Source: Rhodanobacteraceae bacterium (GTDB lineage: Bacteria > Pseudomonadota > Gammaproteobacteria > Xanthomonadales > Rhodanobacteraceae). From it: DNA of 64,000 nucleotides. Position 1 is the first letter of the stretch; every line of letters starts with the position of its first letter. The translations under genes were made by a program, and so were the position numbers. Below, one piece after another: positions 27,677 to 38,371 of this stretch. The stretch lies in NCBI GenBank assembly GCA_036379495.1, contig DASVGO010000040.1, positions 6,399 through 70,398 of the forward strand, written 5' to 3'. The notes under the pieces were generated by a model. That model saw only the letters and a program-made list of their open reading frames with translations, searched no databases and had not been told where the DNA came from.

Positions 27677-29794
27677 TTACGCCGTCAGCCGTTCGACATC
27701 GACCACATTGGGCAGTGCCGACAACTTCGCCATCAACACGGCCAGCTGCTCGAAGTCGCGCACGCGCAGGGTCAGGCGCATGTCCATGGTGCCGTGCTTC
27801 GGGTCGGTGCGGCTGGTCGAGGCGACGATCGGCGTGTTGGCGGTGGTGACCACGGCCGCGATGTCCTTGTGGATGCCCTTGCGATCGTAGCCACGCACGA
27901 GGATGTCGACCTGATAGACCGCATCACTGGCATGGCCCCAGCTGACATCGATGATGCGGTCGGGATCACGGCGCGCCAAGTGCGCCAGGCTGGCGCAATC
28001 GGCGCGATGCACCGAGATGCCGCGGCCGCGCGTGATGAATCCGCGCACGACATCACCCGGTACCGGTTGGCAGCATCGCGCCAGCGTGGTCAGAAGATTG
28101 CCGACGCCTTCGATGCGAAGACTGTCGCTGCTGCCTTCGGGTCGCGGCGGCGGTTGCGACGGCAAGGTGCGTGGCCGGGCTTCCGGTTCCTGCAGGATGC
28201 GTGCGATTTGACCCGGCGTCACCTCGCCCAGTGCCAACGCTTCGAACAATTCATCCGGTTGCTTGAGTCCGAAGCGGGCCGGCAGCGCATCGGGTACCGT
28301 CGATTCCAGCCCCAGGCGCCGCATCTCGCGTTCAAACATGACACGCCCGGCGGCCAGATTCGTGTCGCGTTCGCCGCGCCGGAACCAGGCCCGCACCTTT
28401 TCGCGCGATCGGCTGGAGTTGAGGTAGCCGTGATGCGGCGACAACCAGTCGCGACTGGGCTCGGACGCTTTGCCGGTGATGACCTCCACGCGATCGCCGC
28501 TCGCTGGCTGGAACGTCAATGGCACGATGCGGCCGTTGACCTTGGCGCCCCGACAACGATGCCCCACTTCGGTGTGCACGCGGTAAGCAAAATCCAGCAC
28601 CGTGGCGCCGCGCGGCAGATCCAGCACGTCACCCTTCGGCGTCAACAGATAGACACGGTCCTCGATCAACTCCGTGCGAAAGGCCAACGACAGACTGTCG
28701 CCACTTTCGGTTCGCGCATCGAGCAAGCGCCGCATCCACGCGATGCGCTCCTCGAACGCCGCATCACCGCTGCCGCCTTCCTTGTAACGCCAATGCGCGG
28801 CCACACCCAGTTCGTTGGCATGATGCATCGCGTGCGTGCGGATCTGCACTTCCAGCGTGCGCCCCTCGGGGCCGAACACCGCGGTGTGCAGCGACTGGTA
28901 ACCGTTGCCCTTGGGTCGGGCGATGTAATCGTCGAATTCACGCGGCAGATGCGGCCACAAACCATGCACCACGCCCAGCACGGCGTAGCAGGTGGCCACA
29001 TCGTCAACCAGCACGCGCACGGCGCGAATGTCGTACAGGTCGGAAAAATCCACGTGCTTGCGCTGCATCTTTTTCCAGATGGAATAGATGTGCTTGGGAC
29101 GACCGGCAACATCGGCGCGGATGCCGGCTGCCGCGAGCGTGGCGGACAGCTCGTCGATGCAGCGGGCGATGAAATGCTCGCGGTCGCTGCGACGCTCGTC
29201 GAGCAGGTGCGCGATGCGCTTGTAGGTGTCCGGCTCAAGCTGACGAAAGGCAAGATCCTCCAGCTCCCACTTCAACTGCCAGATGCCCAGACGATTGGCC
29301 AATGGCGCATGGATGTCGGTGGCCAGCAGCGCAAGATCCCGCGCCTGCGCAGCAGGCAACGCGTCGGCATGCCGCAGGCGTACCAGATGCCGGCACAGCA
29401 ACACCAGCACCACGCGCAAATCACGGACCATGGCCAGCAGCATGCGCCGCAGGCCCTCGCTGGCATCACCGTGATGAGCATGCAGCGACCACACCTGCTC
29501 GGCCGCCAGCTGCCCGTCCACCAGGCGCGACAAAGTCTCGGGCAGGCTCTTGCCAGCCTTGGCCCAGTCCAATGGGTGCTTCTGCGCCACGTAAAACCAC
29601 AGCGCCGCGGCCAGCGTTTCCTCGTCGCAACCGAGCGTTTCAAGCAAGCCGAGCACCTCGCCGCATTCGCGCACGTCACGCGAATCGACCGCCGCAAACG
29701 CGTCCATGGCCGCCAACAGCAACGGCGACAGCGTCGCCCGTCGCGCCGTCAGGCCAACCAGCACATCATCGGCAGGAGCAGTGGACGAAACCAT
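27677..29794 (-). CDS. relA: (p)ppGpp synthetase RelA
   Basis: APLANRLGIWQLKWELEDL, GRPKHIYSIWKKM, YQSLHT, EVQIRT, TGS and ACT domains; degenerate hydrolase domain. Confidence 0.95.
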   Translation of the reverse strand: MVSSTAPADDVLVGLTARRATLSPLLLAAMDAFAAVDSRDVRECGEVLGLLETLGCDEETLAAALWFYVAQKHPLDWAKAGKSLPETLSRLVDGQLAAEQVWSLHAHHGDASEGLRRMLLAMVRDLRVVLVLLCRHLVRLRHADALPAAQARDLALLATDIHAPLANRLGIWQLKWELEDLAFRQLEPDTYKRIAHLLDERRSDREHFIARCIDELSATLAAAGIRADVAGRPKHIYSIWKKMQRKHVDFSDLYDIRAVRVLVDDVATCYAVLGVVHGLWPHLPREFDDYIARPKGNGYQSLHTAVFGPEGRTLEVQIRTHAMHHANELGVAAHWRYKEGGSGDAAFEERIAWMRRLLDARTESGDSLSLAFRTELIEDRVYLLTPKGDVLDLPRGATVLDFAYRVHTEVGHRCRGAKVNGRIVPLTFQPASGDRVEVITGKASEPSRDWLSPHHGYLNSSRSREKVRAWFRRGERDTNLAAGRVMFEREMRRLGLESTVPDALPARFGLKQPDELFEALALGEVTPGQIARILQEPEARPRTLPSQPPPRPEGSSDSLRIEGVGNLLTTLARCCQPVPGDVVRGFITRGRGISVHRADCASLAHLARRDPDRIIDVSWGHASDAVYQVDILVRGYDRKGIHKDIAAVVTTANTPIVASTSRTDPKHGTMDMRLTLRVRDFEQLAVLMAKLSALPNVVDVERLTA

Positions 29795-30030
29795 CGAATG
29801 ACACGGTCATGTAACAAGGACTCCATGATGACAGAGGAGGTAATCACGACACCAGCAAACAAGACAAATCACCCCCCGTTCTCCATAAGGTCTTGTCATT
29901 CGACAAGCATGGATGCCATGTGAAGAATCCTCGGCATTCAGCAAAACCCCATGCGAGTGACATGTGTCACTGGTGCGATATTCCGAGGCATGACACAGTG
30001 CCACCGTTGACGCTTGGTCGGAGGTAGCCC

Positions 30031-30642
30031 ATGGATACCGATCCGCAAATGGCAATCCGCTTGATGTCACCTGAACACCCCGTGGCCAGATACATGCATG
30101 GCATGGGCGCCACCTTGCTGACGGTATCGGGCTTTCTCTGGCTGGGTTGGGGCTACGCCCGCGTCCTCCCCGCCGTGTGGGAAGGCTGGTTGGCGCTGTA
30201 TGTCGTCACGGCGGTATTGCTGTGGGTTTCGATACACGCGCTGCTTGTCGGCAAGCGTGCCATGCACGGTGCGGCCATCCACGTCGGCGCGGACATGTGG
30301 CGTGCCAAGGCTGCGCCATTCAAGCGTGTGCTCAAAGCAGAAGCGATCGGCTGCGGGCTGGTCGTGATGGCTTGCCTGATGGCTGAACGATGGGATCTGC
30401 TGGCCGTCGGCATCAGCCTGGTCGTCGGCTTGCACTTCATGCCATTGGCCCGCGTGCTTCACTTTCCTGCTTATGCCATCACGGGTTTCATCGTCGTTGT
30501 GGGTGCCCTTGTCAGCCTCATGTACTTTTCGGGCAATGCACTGACGGGAGCTGTCGGCGCAATCACTGGGGCAACCGTCTGGGCCACCGCCATCTTCATG
30601 TTGTTTCGACTGCAGAGACTGAAGACCGCCGCGTTGACCTGA
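30031..30642 (+). CDS. Hypothetical multi-TM membrane protein
   Basis: GGAGG RBS; ~6 TM; VVGLHFMPLA motif. Confidence 0.7.
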   Translation: MDTDPQMAIRLMSPEHPVARYMHGMGATLLTVSGFLWLGWGYARVLPAVWEGWLALYVVTAVLLWVSIHALLVGKRAMHGAAIHVGADMWRAKAAPFKRVLKAEAIGCGLVVMACLMAERWDLLAVGISLVVGLHFMPLARVLHFPAYAITGFIVVVGALVSLMYFSGNALTGAVGAITGATVWATAIFMLFRLQRLKTAALT

Positions 30643-30713
30643 GCCGGCACAACCCTGCAACGTGTGGTTACGGGTGTTCCCAGTCCCAGAATTCATGCAT
30701 CTTCATATCGGAT

Positions 30714-30740
30714 TGTCGAAACACACTCCGCCGGGACGAC
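30714..30740 (+). promoter_or_regulatory. ECF42-type promoter
   Basis: TGTCGA-N17-CGAC upstream of the DGPF gene in an ECF42 operon. Confidence 0.65.
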
Positions 30741-30789
30741 ATGAGGATGGACGGGCATCCGCCCGCCTCATCCAACGAGGGCACATACC

Positions 30790-31155
30790 ATGAATTTCTC
30801 AATCCTGATTTACGAAACCGCGGACGACTTTGCCGCGCGCAACCACGCCGAAGCCACCACGCGTGAAGCCTACTTGTCGTCATGGCCGCCGTATATTGAC
30901 GCATTGATGAAGGCGGGCGTGTTTGTCGGCGGTGCCGGCTTGCAGCAACCCGATCATGCGACCACCTTGCGCTTCGAGGGCGACCAGCAGTACGTGCAAG
31001 ACGGTCCCTACGCGGACACCAAGGAGCAGCTTGGCGGCTTTGTCATCATCGACGTGCCCGACCTCGACACGGCCCTCGAATGGGCGGCGCGCGTACCACG
31101 CTCAGCCGGCCGCGTATTCGAGGTTCGCCCGAACCTGATCCCCGTCGATCACTGA
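30790..31155 (+). CDS. YciI/DGPF family protein
   Basis: VQDGPYADTKEQLGGFVIIDVPDLDTALEWA. Confidence 0.9.
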   Translation: MNFSILIYETADDFAARNHAEATTREAYLSSWPPYIDALMKAGVFVGGAGLQQPDHATTLRFEGDQQYVQDGPYADTKEQLGGFVIIDVPDLDTALEWAARVPRSAGRVFEVRPNLIPVDH

Positions 31156-31210
31156 ACTCGCATGTCGGCTGCATCCGCAACCGGCTTGTTAGGCTACACA
31201 GGAGACAACA

Positions 31211-31525
31211 ATGGCTCATATGCTTGTGATCTACCGTACACCGAAAGACCCGAAGGCTTTTGACGAGCATTACTACAAAGTGCATGTTCCATTAGCCAAG
31301 CAACTACCTGGCCTCATACGGTATGACGCTAGTTTTGGACCTGTAGTTCACTTGGCAGGTGCCAAAGAGGCTTACCTCATCGGAACACTGCATTTCGAGT
31401 CCATGGATGCTATTAAAGCTGCATTCGCCTCTGAATGCGGGCGAGCTTGCGCGGAAGACAGGCGTGTGTTTGCACCGAACGATAACGATGTGCAGATGTT
31501 CTTGTTCGATGATCGAGCCGTGTAG
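31211..31525 (+). CDS. EthD family protein
   Basis: AGGAG RBS; YRTPKDPKAFDEHYYKVHVPLAKQLPGL, FESMDA. Confidence 0.85.
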   Translation: MAHMLVIYRTPKDPKAFDEHYYKVHVPLAKQLPGLIRYDASFGPVVHLAGAKEAYLIGTLHFESMDAIKAAFASECGRACAEDRRVFAPNDNDVQMFLFDDRAV

Positions 31526-31547
31526 TGTGTAACCCAAGGGCACCCTG

Positions 31548-31907
31548 ATGAACTTCACCATCCTGATTCATGAAACGGCCGACATTTTCGCCATGCGCGA
31601 TATCCCCGAACGACGCGCCGAATTGTTCGTGCCGGTCGGCGCCTATCTCGACACCTTGCGTGCGGCCGGCGTGTTCGTCGGCGGTGCCGGTCTGACGGCA
31701 CCAGCCACCGCCAGCGTGCTCGACCATGGCCATGACAACTGGACGGTACAAGACGGACCGTTTGCCGATACCAAGGAACAACTCGCCGGCATCATCATCA
31801 TCGATGTACCCGACCGAGCCCAGGCATTGGACTGGGCTCGCCGTTTTCCCACACTGCCCGGACGCAAGCTTGAATTGCGCGCCAATCTGGCGCCGATACA
31901 CGCATGA
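31548..31907 (+). CDS. YciI/DGPF family protein (second paralog)
   Basis: VQDGPFADTKEQLAGIIIIDV. Confidence 0.9.
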   Translation: MNFTILIHETADIFAMRDIPERRAELFVPVGAYLDTLRAAGVFVGGAGLTAPATASVLDHGHDNWTVQDGPFADTKEQLAGIIIIDVPDRAQALDWARRFPTLPGRKLELRANLAPIHA

Positions 31908-33133
31908 CGGACGCGGCACGGCAAACCATCGAACAGGTCGCACGTGATTCGCGCACACGGCTGGTGGCGTTCCTTGCGGCACGCTGCCACGATCTTGCGG
32001 CTGCCGAGGATGCCCTTTCCGAGGCGTTCGGTTCCGCGCTCGTGGATTGGCCTCGCGACGGTATCCCGGACAGCCCCGAGGCCTGGCTGTTGACCGTGGC
32101 GCGCAGACGCCTGATCGATACCGTGCGACATGAAAAGGTCTGTGCCGAAGCAACCCCCAAAATTCTGGCGACTTTGGAGGATGCGCAATCGGCGGCACAT
32201 GATGACGCACGCACCTTTCCGGATGAGCGGCTCAAATTGCTGTTTGTTTGCGCACACCCGGCGATTGCGGCCAATGCACGTACGCCCCTGATGTTGCAAG
32301 TCGTATTGGGCCTGGATGCCGCGCGCATCGCCTCGGCATTTTTGGTGAAACCGGCAGCCATGGGGCAGCGGCTGTCACGTGTCAAAGCCAAGATCCGTGA
32401 TGCCGGCATTGCCTTTGCCGTGCCTTCCGGAAAGGACTTGCCCGCACGACTCGATGCCGTTCTGGAAACCATCTATGCCGCCTACGGCAGTGGCTGGGAC
32501 GACATTGCCGGCGCCGATTCACGGCGCAAAGGATTGGCGGCAGAGGCCATCGAACTGGGGGCTTTGCTCATGCGCCTGCTGCCGAACGAGGCGGAAACAT
32601 TGGGCCTGTGTGCCTTGATGCTGTATTGCGAATCGCGCCGTCAGGCACGCCGAGGGCCGCACGGCGAATACATTCCATTGAGCGAGCAGGATGTGACACG
32701 CTGGAGCGCGCCGATGATCGAGCAAGCCAATCATTTGCTGCGCATTGCCGAACGCCGGCAATGCATCGGCCGCTTCCAACTCGAAGCCGCCATCCAGTCG
32801 GAGCATGCGTGCCGGGTCCGCGGTGTCAACACGAACTGGGAGTCCATCGCCTTGCTGTACGAGGGGCTGGTTCGCATCGCTCCCACCACGGGCGCACGGG
32901 TCGGACGCGCCGCCGCCGTGGCACGGGCACGCGGCGCGTCATCCGGATGGGATCTGCTGCAGCAAATACCAGCCAGCTCGGTAGCAAGCTATCAACCCTA
33001 CTGGGCGGTGGCGGCGGATCTGCTGGAGCAATTGCATCGGTTTGACGAGGCCGATGCCGCACGAGTGCGTGCCATCGGCTTGTGCCAGGACGAGGCCATG
33101 CGCGCGTTTTTGGCAAAGACGAAACCCGCTTGA
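31904..33133 (+). CDS. ECF42 sigma factor with C-terminal TPR-like extension
   Basis: AAAEDALSEAF, WLLTVARRRLID, DERLKLLFVCAHP, RFQLEAAIQ; DGPF neighbours. Confidence 0.88.
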   Translation: MTDAARQTIEQVARDSRTRLVAFLAARCHDLAAAEDALSEAFGSALVDWPRDGIPDSPEAWLLTVARRRLIDTVRHEKVCAEATPKILATLEDAQSAAHDDARTFPDERLKLLFVCAHPAIAANARTPLMLQVVLGLDAARIASAFLVKPAAMGQRLSRVKAKIRDAGIAFAVPSGKDLPARLDAVLETIYAAYGSGWDDIAGADSRRKGLAAEAIELGALLMRLLPNEAETLGLCALMLYCESRRQARRGPHGEYIPLSEQDVTRWSAPMIEQANHLLRIAERRQCIGRFQLEAAIQSEHACRVRGVNTNWESIALLYEGLVRIAPTTGARVGRAAAVARARGASSGWDLLQQIPASSVASYQPYWAVAADLLEQLHRFDEADAARVRAIGLCQDEAMRAFLAKTKPA

Positions 33134-33171
33134 GCGACACGCTTGACAGCAGTCGACCACACTCGTGACTT

Positions 33172-36100
33172 TCAGGTTTTTGGCAAAGCCTCGATCGCCT
33201 GCTGCAGGCGTTTGACCGACACCGGTTCGGCGGTCTTCAGTTCCTGCGCGAACAGCGACACGCGCCATTCCTCGATCAACCAGTGCAGGCGGTCAAGCTC
33301 GGGCGTCGACTCGCCGCCTGCATGCCGTTCCAGCCAGACGCGCCAGAACGGCAACAACTGCTGCAGGTGGCGATAATCCTTGCCCGGATCGCGCATGAGG
33401 CGTTCGGCACGCAAACCGATGGCCTTGAGGTAACGCGGGTAATGCGCCAGGCGGGCCGCCGGCAAATCGCGCAGGAACCCGGGTTCGAGCAAGTGTTGCA
33501 GTTGTCCGGCCATGTCGGCGTAACCGGCCGGCACATGGCCGCCGCGTGGTGGTTGCAGCGCGCGCTGCATGTCGGCCTGACTGACGATGACGGGTTCGGC
33601 CAATTTCAAACGCGCCATGGCCGCGCCGAACAACTGCCGCGCCACGTCCTCGTGCAGGGCATCGAAGGTGGCGCGCGTGCGCACCTGCAGATCGCGTTCG
33701 CGCAAGAGATCGGCGAAACCGCCTTCGACCAGGTCCTCACGCAGGCCATCGAGCGTGCCCAGCGGCGCATATTGCAAGGCCATGGATTTGCCGATCGGCA
33801 ATTGCTTGCGCGCGCGCTTGAACGCCGCGTCCAGTCCCAGCCGCAACAAGCGTTCGATACCGCGCGCATGTTCATGGCGTGCTTCATCGCCACGTTCGAA
33901 CACGCGCAAGGCCACGCTACCGCCCTGATCGACCAGCGCCGGCCAGGCTTCGGGTTTGCCGGGCGCCACGATGCACGCCGGGATGTCGTCGAAATCCCAG
34001 CTTTGCGTGGTCTTGTGGTCCAGCTCGACATGCGCTTTGCGGGTAAAGGCGACACGCGCCTGTCCACCCCACTGCGCACGCAAGGCGGCCAGATCGCGGC
34101 TGGCCGCCAGCGGCTTGCCCTGCTCGTCTTCCAGCGCGAAACGCATGCACAGATGCGCCGGCAGTTCGATACCGGCGAACGCATCGGCATCCAGCACCAC
34201 GCCGGTGGTACGCGTCAAAAACCGCGCCAGCACCTGTGCCAACGGCGCATCCACGGCGGATTCGGCCTCGACGAAAGCCTGCGCGAAATCCGGTGCCGGC
34301 ACGAAGTTGCGGCGCAAGACTTTGGGCAGACCGCGAATCAGCTCGGCCACTTTGTCGGTGAGCACGCCCGGCACCAGCCACTGACAACGTTCGGCTGGCA
34401 AGGCGTTGAGCAACGACAATGGCAAATGCAGCGTGATGCCGTCGGCCTCATCACCCGGCACGAAACGGTAACCCAGCCGATAGCGCTGCCCGGCCAGTTC
34501 CAGCACCGACGGAAAGGCACCCGCCGCCAGACCGCTGGACGTGGTCAGCACGTCATCGACGGACCAAAGCAACGCGGCCTGCGTGGCGGCATCGGCCTTG
34601 CGATACCACGCCTCCAGCGCGCGCGTGTCGCAGATGTCTTCGGGCAACTTGCCCACAAAAAACCGCGCCAGTGCCTCATCGCTTTTGAGCAGGCCCTGGC
34701 GGCGCTGGCGCGCCTCGATGTCGCGCGCCTCGTCGAGCACGCGCGTGTTGGCACGCACGAAATCCGCCCGCGCCTCGATATCGCAGCGCGCCAGGGCTTC
34801 GCGCACGAACACCTGATGCGCGAGCGCCGGATCCTGGCGGCGAAAGGTCACGGCACGGCGTTCGACCAGCACCAGCCCGAACAAGCTGACCTGCTCGAAA
34901 GCGACCACCGCACCGCGCTTGCGCGACCAATGCACGTCGCGACAGCTGCTGCGCGTCAGATGCGCGGCCTGACGTTCGATCCAGGCAGGCTCCACGCGCG
35001 CGCACTGCATGCCCCAGACCTTGCCGCCGATGTCCAGGATCTGCGCCGAAAACATCCAGTTCGGCGGTGCCTTGGCCAGACCCGAGCCGGGGAACACCTG
35101 AAACTTGCGCTCGCGCGTGCCGCGAAAAATGCCGTACTCATCCTTGCGCGCCACTTGCGTGGGCAGGCCCGCGAGCAGGCTGCCATGCAGGGCTTCGTAG
35201 CGGCGCTGCGCGTCCTTGTCATCGGCGACGGTCGCCGCCCGCAGCGCCTTTTCCCGGCGCGCCGGTACCGGTTTCACCGGCTGACTTGCTGGCACGGCCA
35301 CCGGCTTCATCATCAGCATCAGTTGCCGGTGCACCTCGCGCCATTCGCGCATGCGCAGGTAACCCAGGAAGTGCCACGCACACCAGTCACGCAATTTGGC
35401 CTGACTGAGTTCGTCATGCGCCGCGGCAAACGCCCGCCACAGGTTGAGCACGGTCACGAAATCGGACTTGGGATCGAGCCATTCGCGATGCGCGGCATCG
35501 GCTTGCTGACGCGCCTCCGGCGGGCGCTCGCGTGGGTCCTGCACGCTCAAAAACGCGACCACGACCAGGGCCTCGCCCAGCACATCCAGCCGACGTGCCT
35601 CAAGCAGCATGCGCGCCAGTTGCACGTCAATGGGCAGATGCGCCAGCTCGCGACCCATGGCGGTCAGGTGGCGCGCATCATCGATCGCCGACACTTCGGC
35701 CAGACGCCGGTAGCCATCGGCGATGGCGCTGGCTTCGGGTGCATCCAGAAACGGAAAACGTTCAACCTCGCCCAGTTTCAGGCTGAGCATGCGCAGGATG
35801 ACGTTGGCCAGCGAGGCGCGCAGCAATTCGGGGTCGGTGAAACGCGGGCGCGCGGCGTAATCATCTTCGCCGTACAGGCGAATGCAGATGCCGGGGCCGA
35901 CACGACCGCAACGACCCTTGCGCTGGTCGGCCGCCGCCTGCGACACCGGCTCCACATGCAGGCGCTCGATCTGGCTGCGCCGGCTGTAACGCATCACGCG
36001 CGCGCTGCCGGTGTCGATCACGGCGCGAATGCGCGGCACTGTCAACGAAGTTTCGGCCACGTTGGTGGCCAGCACGATGCGCCGCAACGGCCCGGGTTTG

Positions 36101-37122
36101 AACACGCGATCCTGATCCTTGGCCGACAAGCGCGCGTACAGCGGCAGGATCTCGGTATGCCGATATTGGCGCCGCGACAAGGCCAGATGCGTGTCGCGGA
36201 TTTCGCGCTCGCCGGGCAAAAACACCAGCATGTCGCCACGCGGATCCTCGGCGCTCAATTCGTCGACGGCACGTGCGATGTGCTCGGGACTGCCCTGTTG
36301 CACGCGCTCATCGACGCTGCCCGCGTCGACCGGGCGCCAGCGCACCTCGACCGGATACGTGCGTCCTTCCACCGCCACCACCGGTGCGCCGTCGAAGTGT
36401 TCGGCAAAACGCGCCGTGTCGATGGTGGCCGAGGTGATGATGAGCTTGAGGTTGTGCCGCCGCGCGATCAGTTGCTTGAGATAGCCGAGCAGGAAGTCGA
36501 TGTTGAGGCTGCGCTCGTGCGCCTCGTCGATGATCAGCGTGTCATACGCCGACAGCCACGGGTCGGACTGGGTTTCGGCCAGCAGGATGCCGTCGGTCAT
36601 GAACTTGACCAGGGTGTCGGCGCCGACCTGCTCGGTAAAACGCACCTGAAAACCGACCTTGGCGCCCACCTCGGTGCCCATCTCCTCCGCCACGCGCCGT
36701 GCCACCGAGCGTGCCGCCAGTCGGCGTGGCTGGGTGCAGCCGATCAAGCCGGCCTCGCCACGGCCGGCGGCCAGGCACAGCTTGGGCAATTGCGTGGTCT
36801 TGCCCGAACCGGTCTCGCCGGCAATCACCACGACCGGGTGCGCGCGGATCAGCTGGACGATGTCATCGGCGCGCGCACTAATCGGTAGCTCGGCATCCAG
36901 TGTCAGCGGCGGTTTGGCGGCGGCGCGCGCCGCGCGCACGGCGACGGAATCAGCGATGGCCGCACGCAAGGCTTCCTGTGCCGCGACATCCGCTTCGCGT
37001 TCGCGCGCCAGCTTGCGCCAGCGTCCGGACAGCCGCCCGACATCGCGCGTGCACACGTCATCGAGCTGCCGGCGCAACGCCGCCAGGGTGGTTTCGGAAT
37101 GGTCGGGCTTTGTCTGGCTCAT
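33172..37122 (-). CDS. hrpA: ATP-dependent RNA helicase HrpA
   Basis: GETGSGKTTQLPK, DEAH, SAT, QRKGRCGR, C-terminal EEWRVSLFAQEL. Confidence 0.95.
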   Translation of the reverse strand: MSQTKPDHSETTLAALRRQLDDVCTRDVGRLSGRWRKLAREREADVAAQEALRAAIADSVAVRAARAAAKPPLTLDAELPISARADDIVQLIRAHPVVVIAGETGSGKTTQLPKLCLAAGRGEAGLIGCTQPRRLAARSVARRVAEEMGTEVGAKVGFQVRFTEQVGADTLVKFMTDGILLAETQSDPWLSAYDTLIIDEAHERSLNIDFLLGYLKQLIARRHNLKLIITSATIDTARFAEHFDGAPVVAVEGRTYPVEVRWRPVDAGSVDERVQQGSPEHIARAVDELSAEDPRGDMLVFLPGEREIRDTHLALSRRQYRHTEILPLYARLSAKDQDRVFKPGPLRRIVLATNVAETSLTVPRIRAVIDTGSARVMRYSRRSQIERLHVEPVSQAAADQRKGRCGRVGPGICIRLYGEDDYAARPRFTDPELLRASLANVILRMLSLKLGEVERFPFLDAPEASAIADGYRRLAEVSAIDDARHLTAMGRELAHLPIDVQLARMLLEARRLDVLGEALVVVAFLSVQDPRERPPEARQQADAAHREWLDPKSDFVTVLNLWRAFAAAHDELSQAKLRDWCAWHFLGYLRMREWREVHRQLMLMMKPVAVPASQPVKPVPARREKALRAATVADDKDAQRRYEALHGSLLAGLPTQVARKDEYGIFRGTRERKFQVFPGSGLAKAPPNWMFSAQILDIGGKVWGMQCARVEPAWIERQAAHLTRSSCRDVHWSRKRGAVVAFEQVSLFGLVLVERRAVTFRRQDPALAHQVFVREALARCDIEARADFVRANTRVLDEARDIEARQRRQGLLKSDEALARFFVGKLPEDICDTRALEAWYRKADAATQAALLWSVDDVLTTSSGLAAGAFPSVLELAGQRYRLGYRFVPGDEADGITLHLPLSLLNALPAERCQWLVPGVLTDKVAELIRGLPKVLRRNFVPAPDFAQAFVEAESAVDAPLAQVLARFLTRTTGVVLDADAFAGIELPAHLCMRFALEDEQGKPLAASRDLAALRAQWGGQARVAFTRKAHVELDHKTTQSWDFDDIPACIVAPGKPEAWPALVDQGGSVALRVFERGDEARHEHARGIERLLRLGLDAAFKRARKQLPIGKSMALQYAPLGTLDGLREDLVEGGFADLLRERDLQVRTRATFDALHEDVARQLFGAAMARLKLAEPVIVSQADMQRALQPPRGGHVPAGYADMAGQLQHLLEPGFLRDLPAARLAHYPRYLKAIGLRAERLMRDPGKDYRHLQQLLPFWRVWLERHAGGESTPELDRLHWLIEEWRVSLFAQELKTAEPVSVKRLQQAIEALPKT

Positions 37123-37168
37123 CGAACCGGGCATGATAACGGCACACCCGCATCGATTGGACGCAGCC

Positions 37169-38254
37169 ATGGCGACAGCACGGACTTTCAGCCGCTCCGA
37201 CATCATCATCCTCGCCGGCAGCGCCGTCGGCATGGTGATCGCCGGCCTCACGCGCTACGTGGGCGGTGGCGCCGTGCTGGCCTTCCTGTTCGCGGCACTG
37301 GCGGTGGCCATGCTGGCCTCGCTGGTGGGGCGTTCGGTCGAACAGCTGGGCGACCGCTTCGGACCAGGCGCCACCGGCGTGTTGCAGTCGGCGTTGGGCA
37401 ACCTGCCCGAATTGTTCATTGCCCTGTTCGCGCTCAAGGCCGGCCTGGTCGAAGTGGTGCAGGCCGCGCTGATCGGCTCGATCCTGGCCAACCTGCTGAT
37501 GGTGCTGGGCCTGTGCTTCGTGGTCGGCGGTCTCAAGCACGGCACGCAATCGCTCAATTCCGAACGCGCCCACGGCATCAACGTGATGATGCTGCTGGCG
37601 GTCGGTGCGCTGGTACTGCCGTCGCTGGCCAGCTACGTGCACACGCCGGCCGCGCCGCACGAGCGCACGCTGTCGATGGTGGTGTCGATCATCTTGCTGG
37701 TGCTGTTCGTGCTGACCCTGCCGGCCTCGCTCAAGCGCGGTTCCACGCGCCTGGCCGGTGATGGCGAGGTGGCCGTCGAACAGGAGCCGCCGCGCTGGCC
37801 GGCCGCGCTGGCGGTGGGCATGCTCGCCATCGCGGCCGTCGGCGCGGCCTTCGTGTCGGACTGGTTCGTGCACGCGCTGGAACCGGCCATGCACGCCATC
37901 GGCATCTCCGAGGCGTTCGCGGGCCTGGTGGTGGTGGCCATTGCCGGCAACGCCATCGAGAACGTGGTCGGCATTCAGCTCGCCGCACGCAATCAATCCG
38001 AATATGCGTTCTCGGTGGTGCTCAATTCACCACTGCAAATTGCGCTGGTGCTGGCGCCGCTGTTGGTGATCCTGTCGCAACTGTTCGGCTTTGCGCCACT
38101 CACCCTGGTGTTTCCGCCGATGCTGGTGGTGTCAGTGGCCGTGGCTGTGCTGATCACCGCGTTCATCACCGTGGATGGCAAGTCCAACTGGATCGAAGGC
38201 GCGGCGTTGCTGGCCGTGTACGCCATCATCGCCACCGCATTCTGGTGGGGATGA
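37169..38254 (+). CDS. cax: Calcium/proton exchanger (CAX family)
   Basis: GNLPEL, GSILANLL, AGNAIEN alpha-repeats; ~10 TM. Confidence 0.85.
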   Translation: MATARTFSRSDIIILAGSAVGMVIAGLTRYVGGGAVLAFLFAALAVAMLASLVGRSVEQLGDRFGPGATGVLQSALGNLPELFIALFALKAGLVEVVQAALIGSILANLLMVLGLCFVVGGLKHGTQSLNSERAHGINVMMLLAVGALVLPSLASYVHTPAAPHERTLSMVVSIILLVLFVLTLPASLKRGSTRLAGDGEVAVEQEPPRWPAALAVGMLAIAAVGAAFVSDWFVHALEPAMHAIGISEAFAGLVVVAIAGNAIENVVGIQLAARNQSEYAFSVVLNSPLQIALVLAPLLVILSQLFGFAPLTLVFPPMLVVSVAVAVLITAFITVDGKSNWIEGAALLAVYAIIATAFWWG

Positions 38255-38371
38255 CAGCTCCGGCCTGAGCCGACGCTGACCGGGATCATGCCGTCGCATT
38301 GAGCCGTGCCGGGTGCATGGCTAAGCTCGCAAGGTTTTCCTGCCCTGCGGCCAGCCGGCCCGAGGACCGAT

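Noticed and set aside
33283-36888. Long antisense ORFs (this 1201-aa one; also 5316-7502, 27446-29923, 43840-46254, 50449-52395, 56030-58111)
   Set aside because: Shadow frames of well-supported genes in GC-rich DNA, without recognisable motifs.
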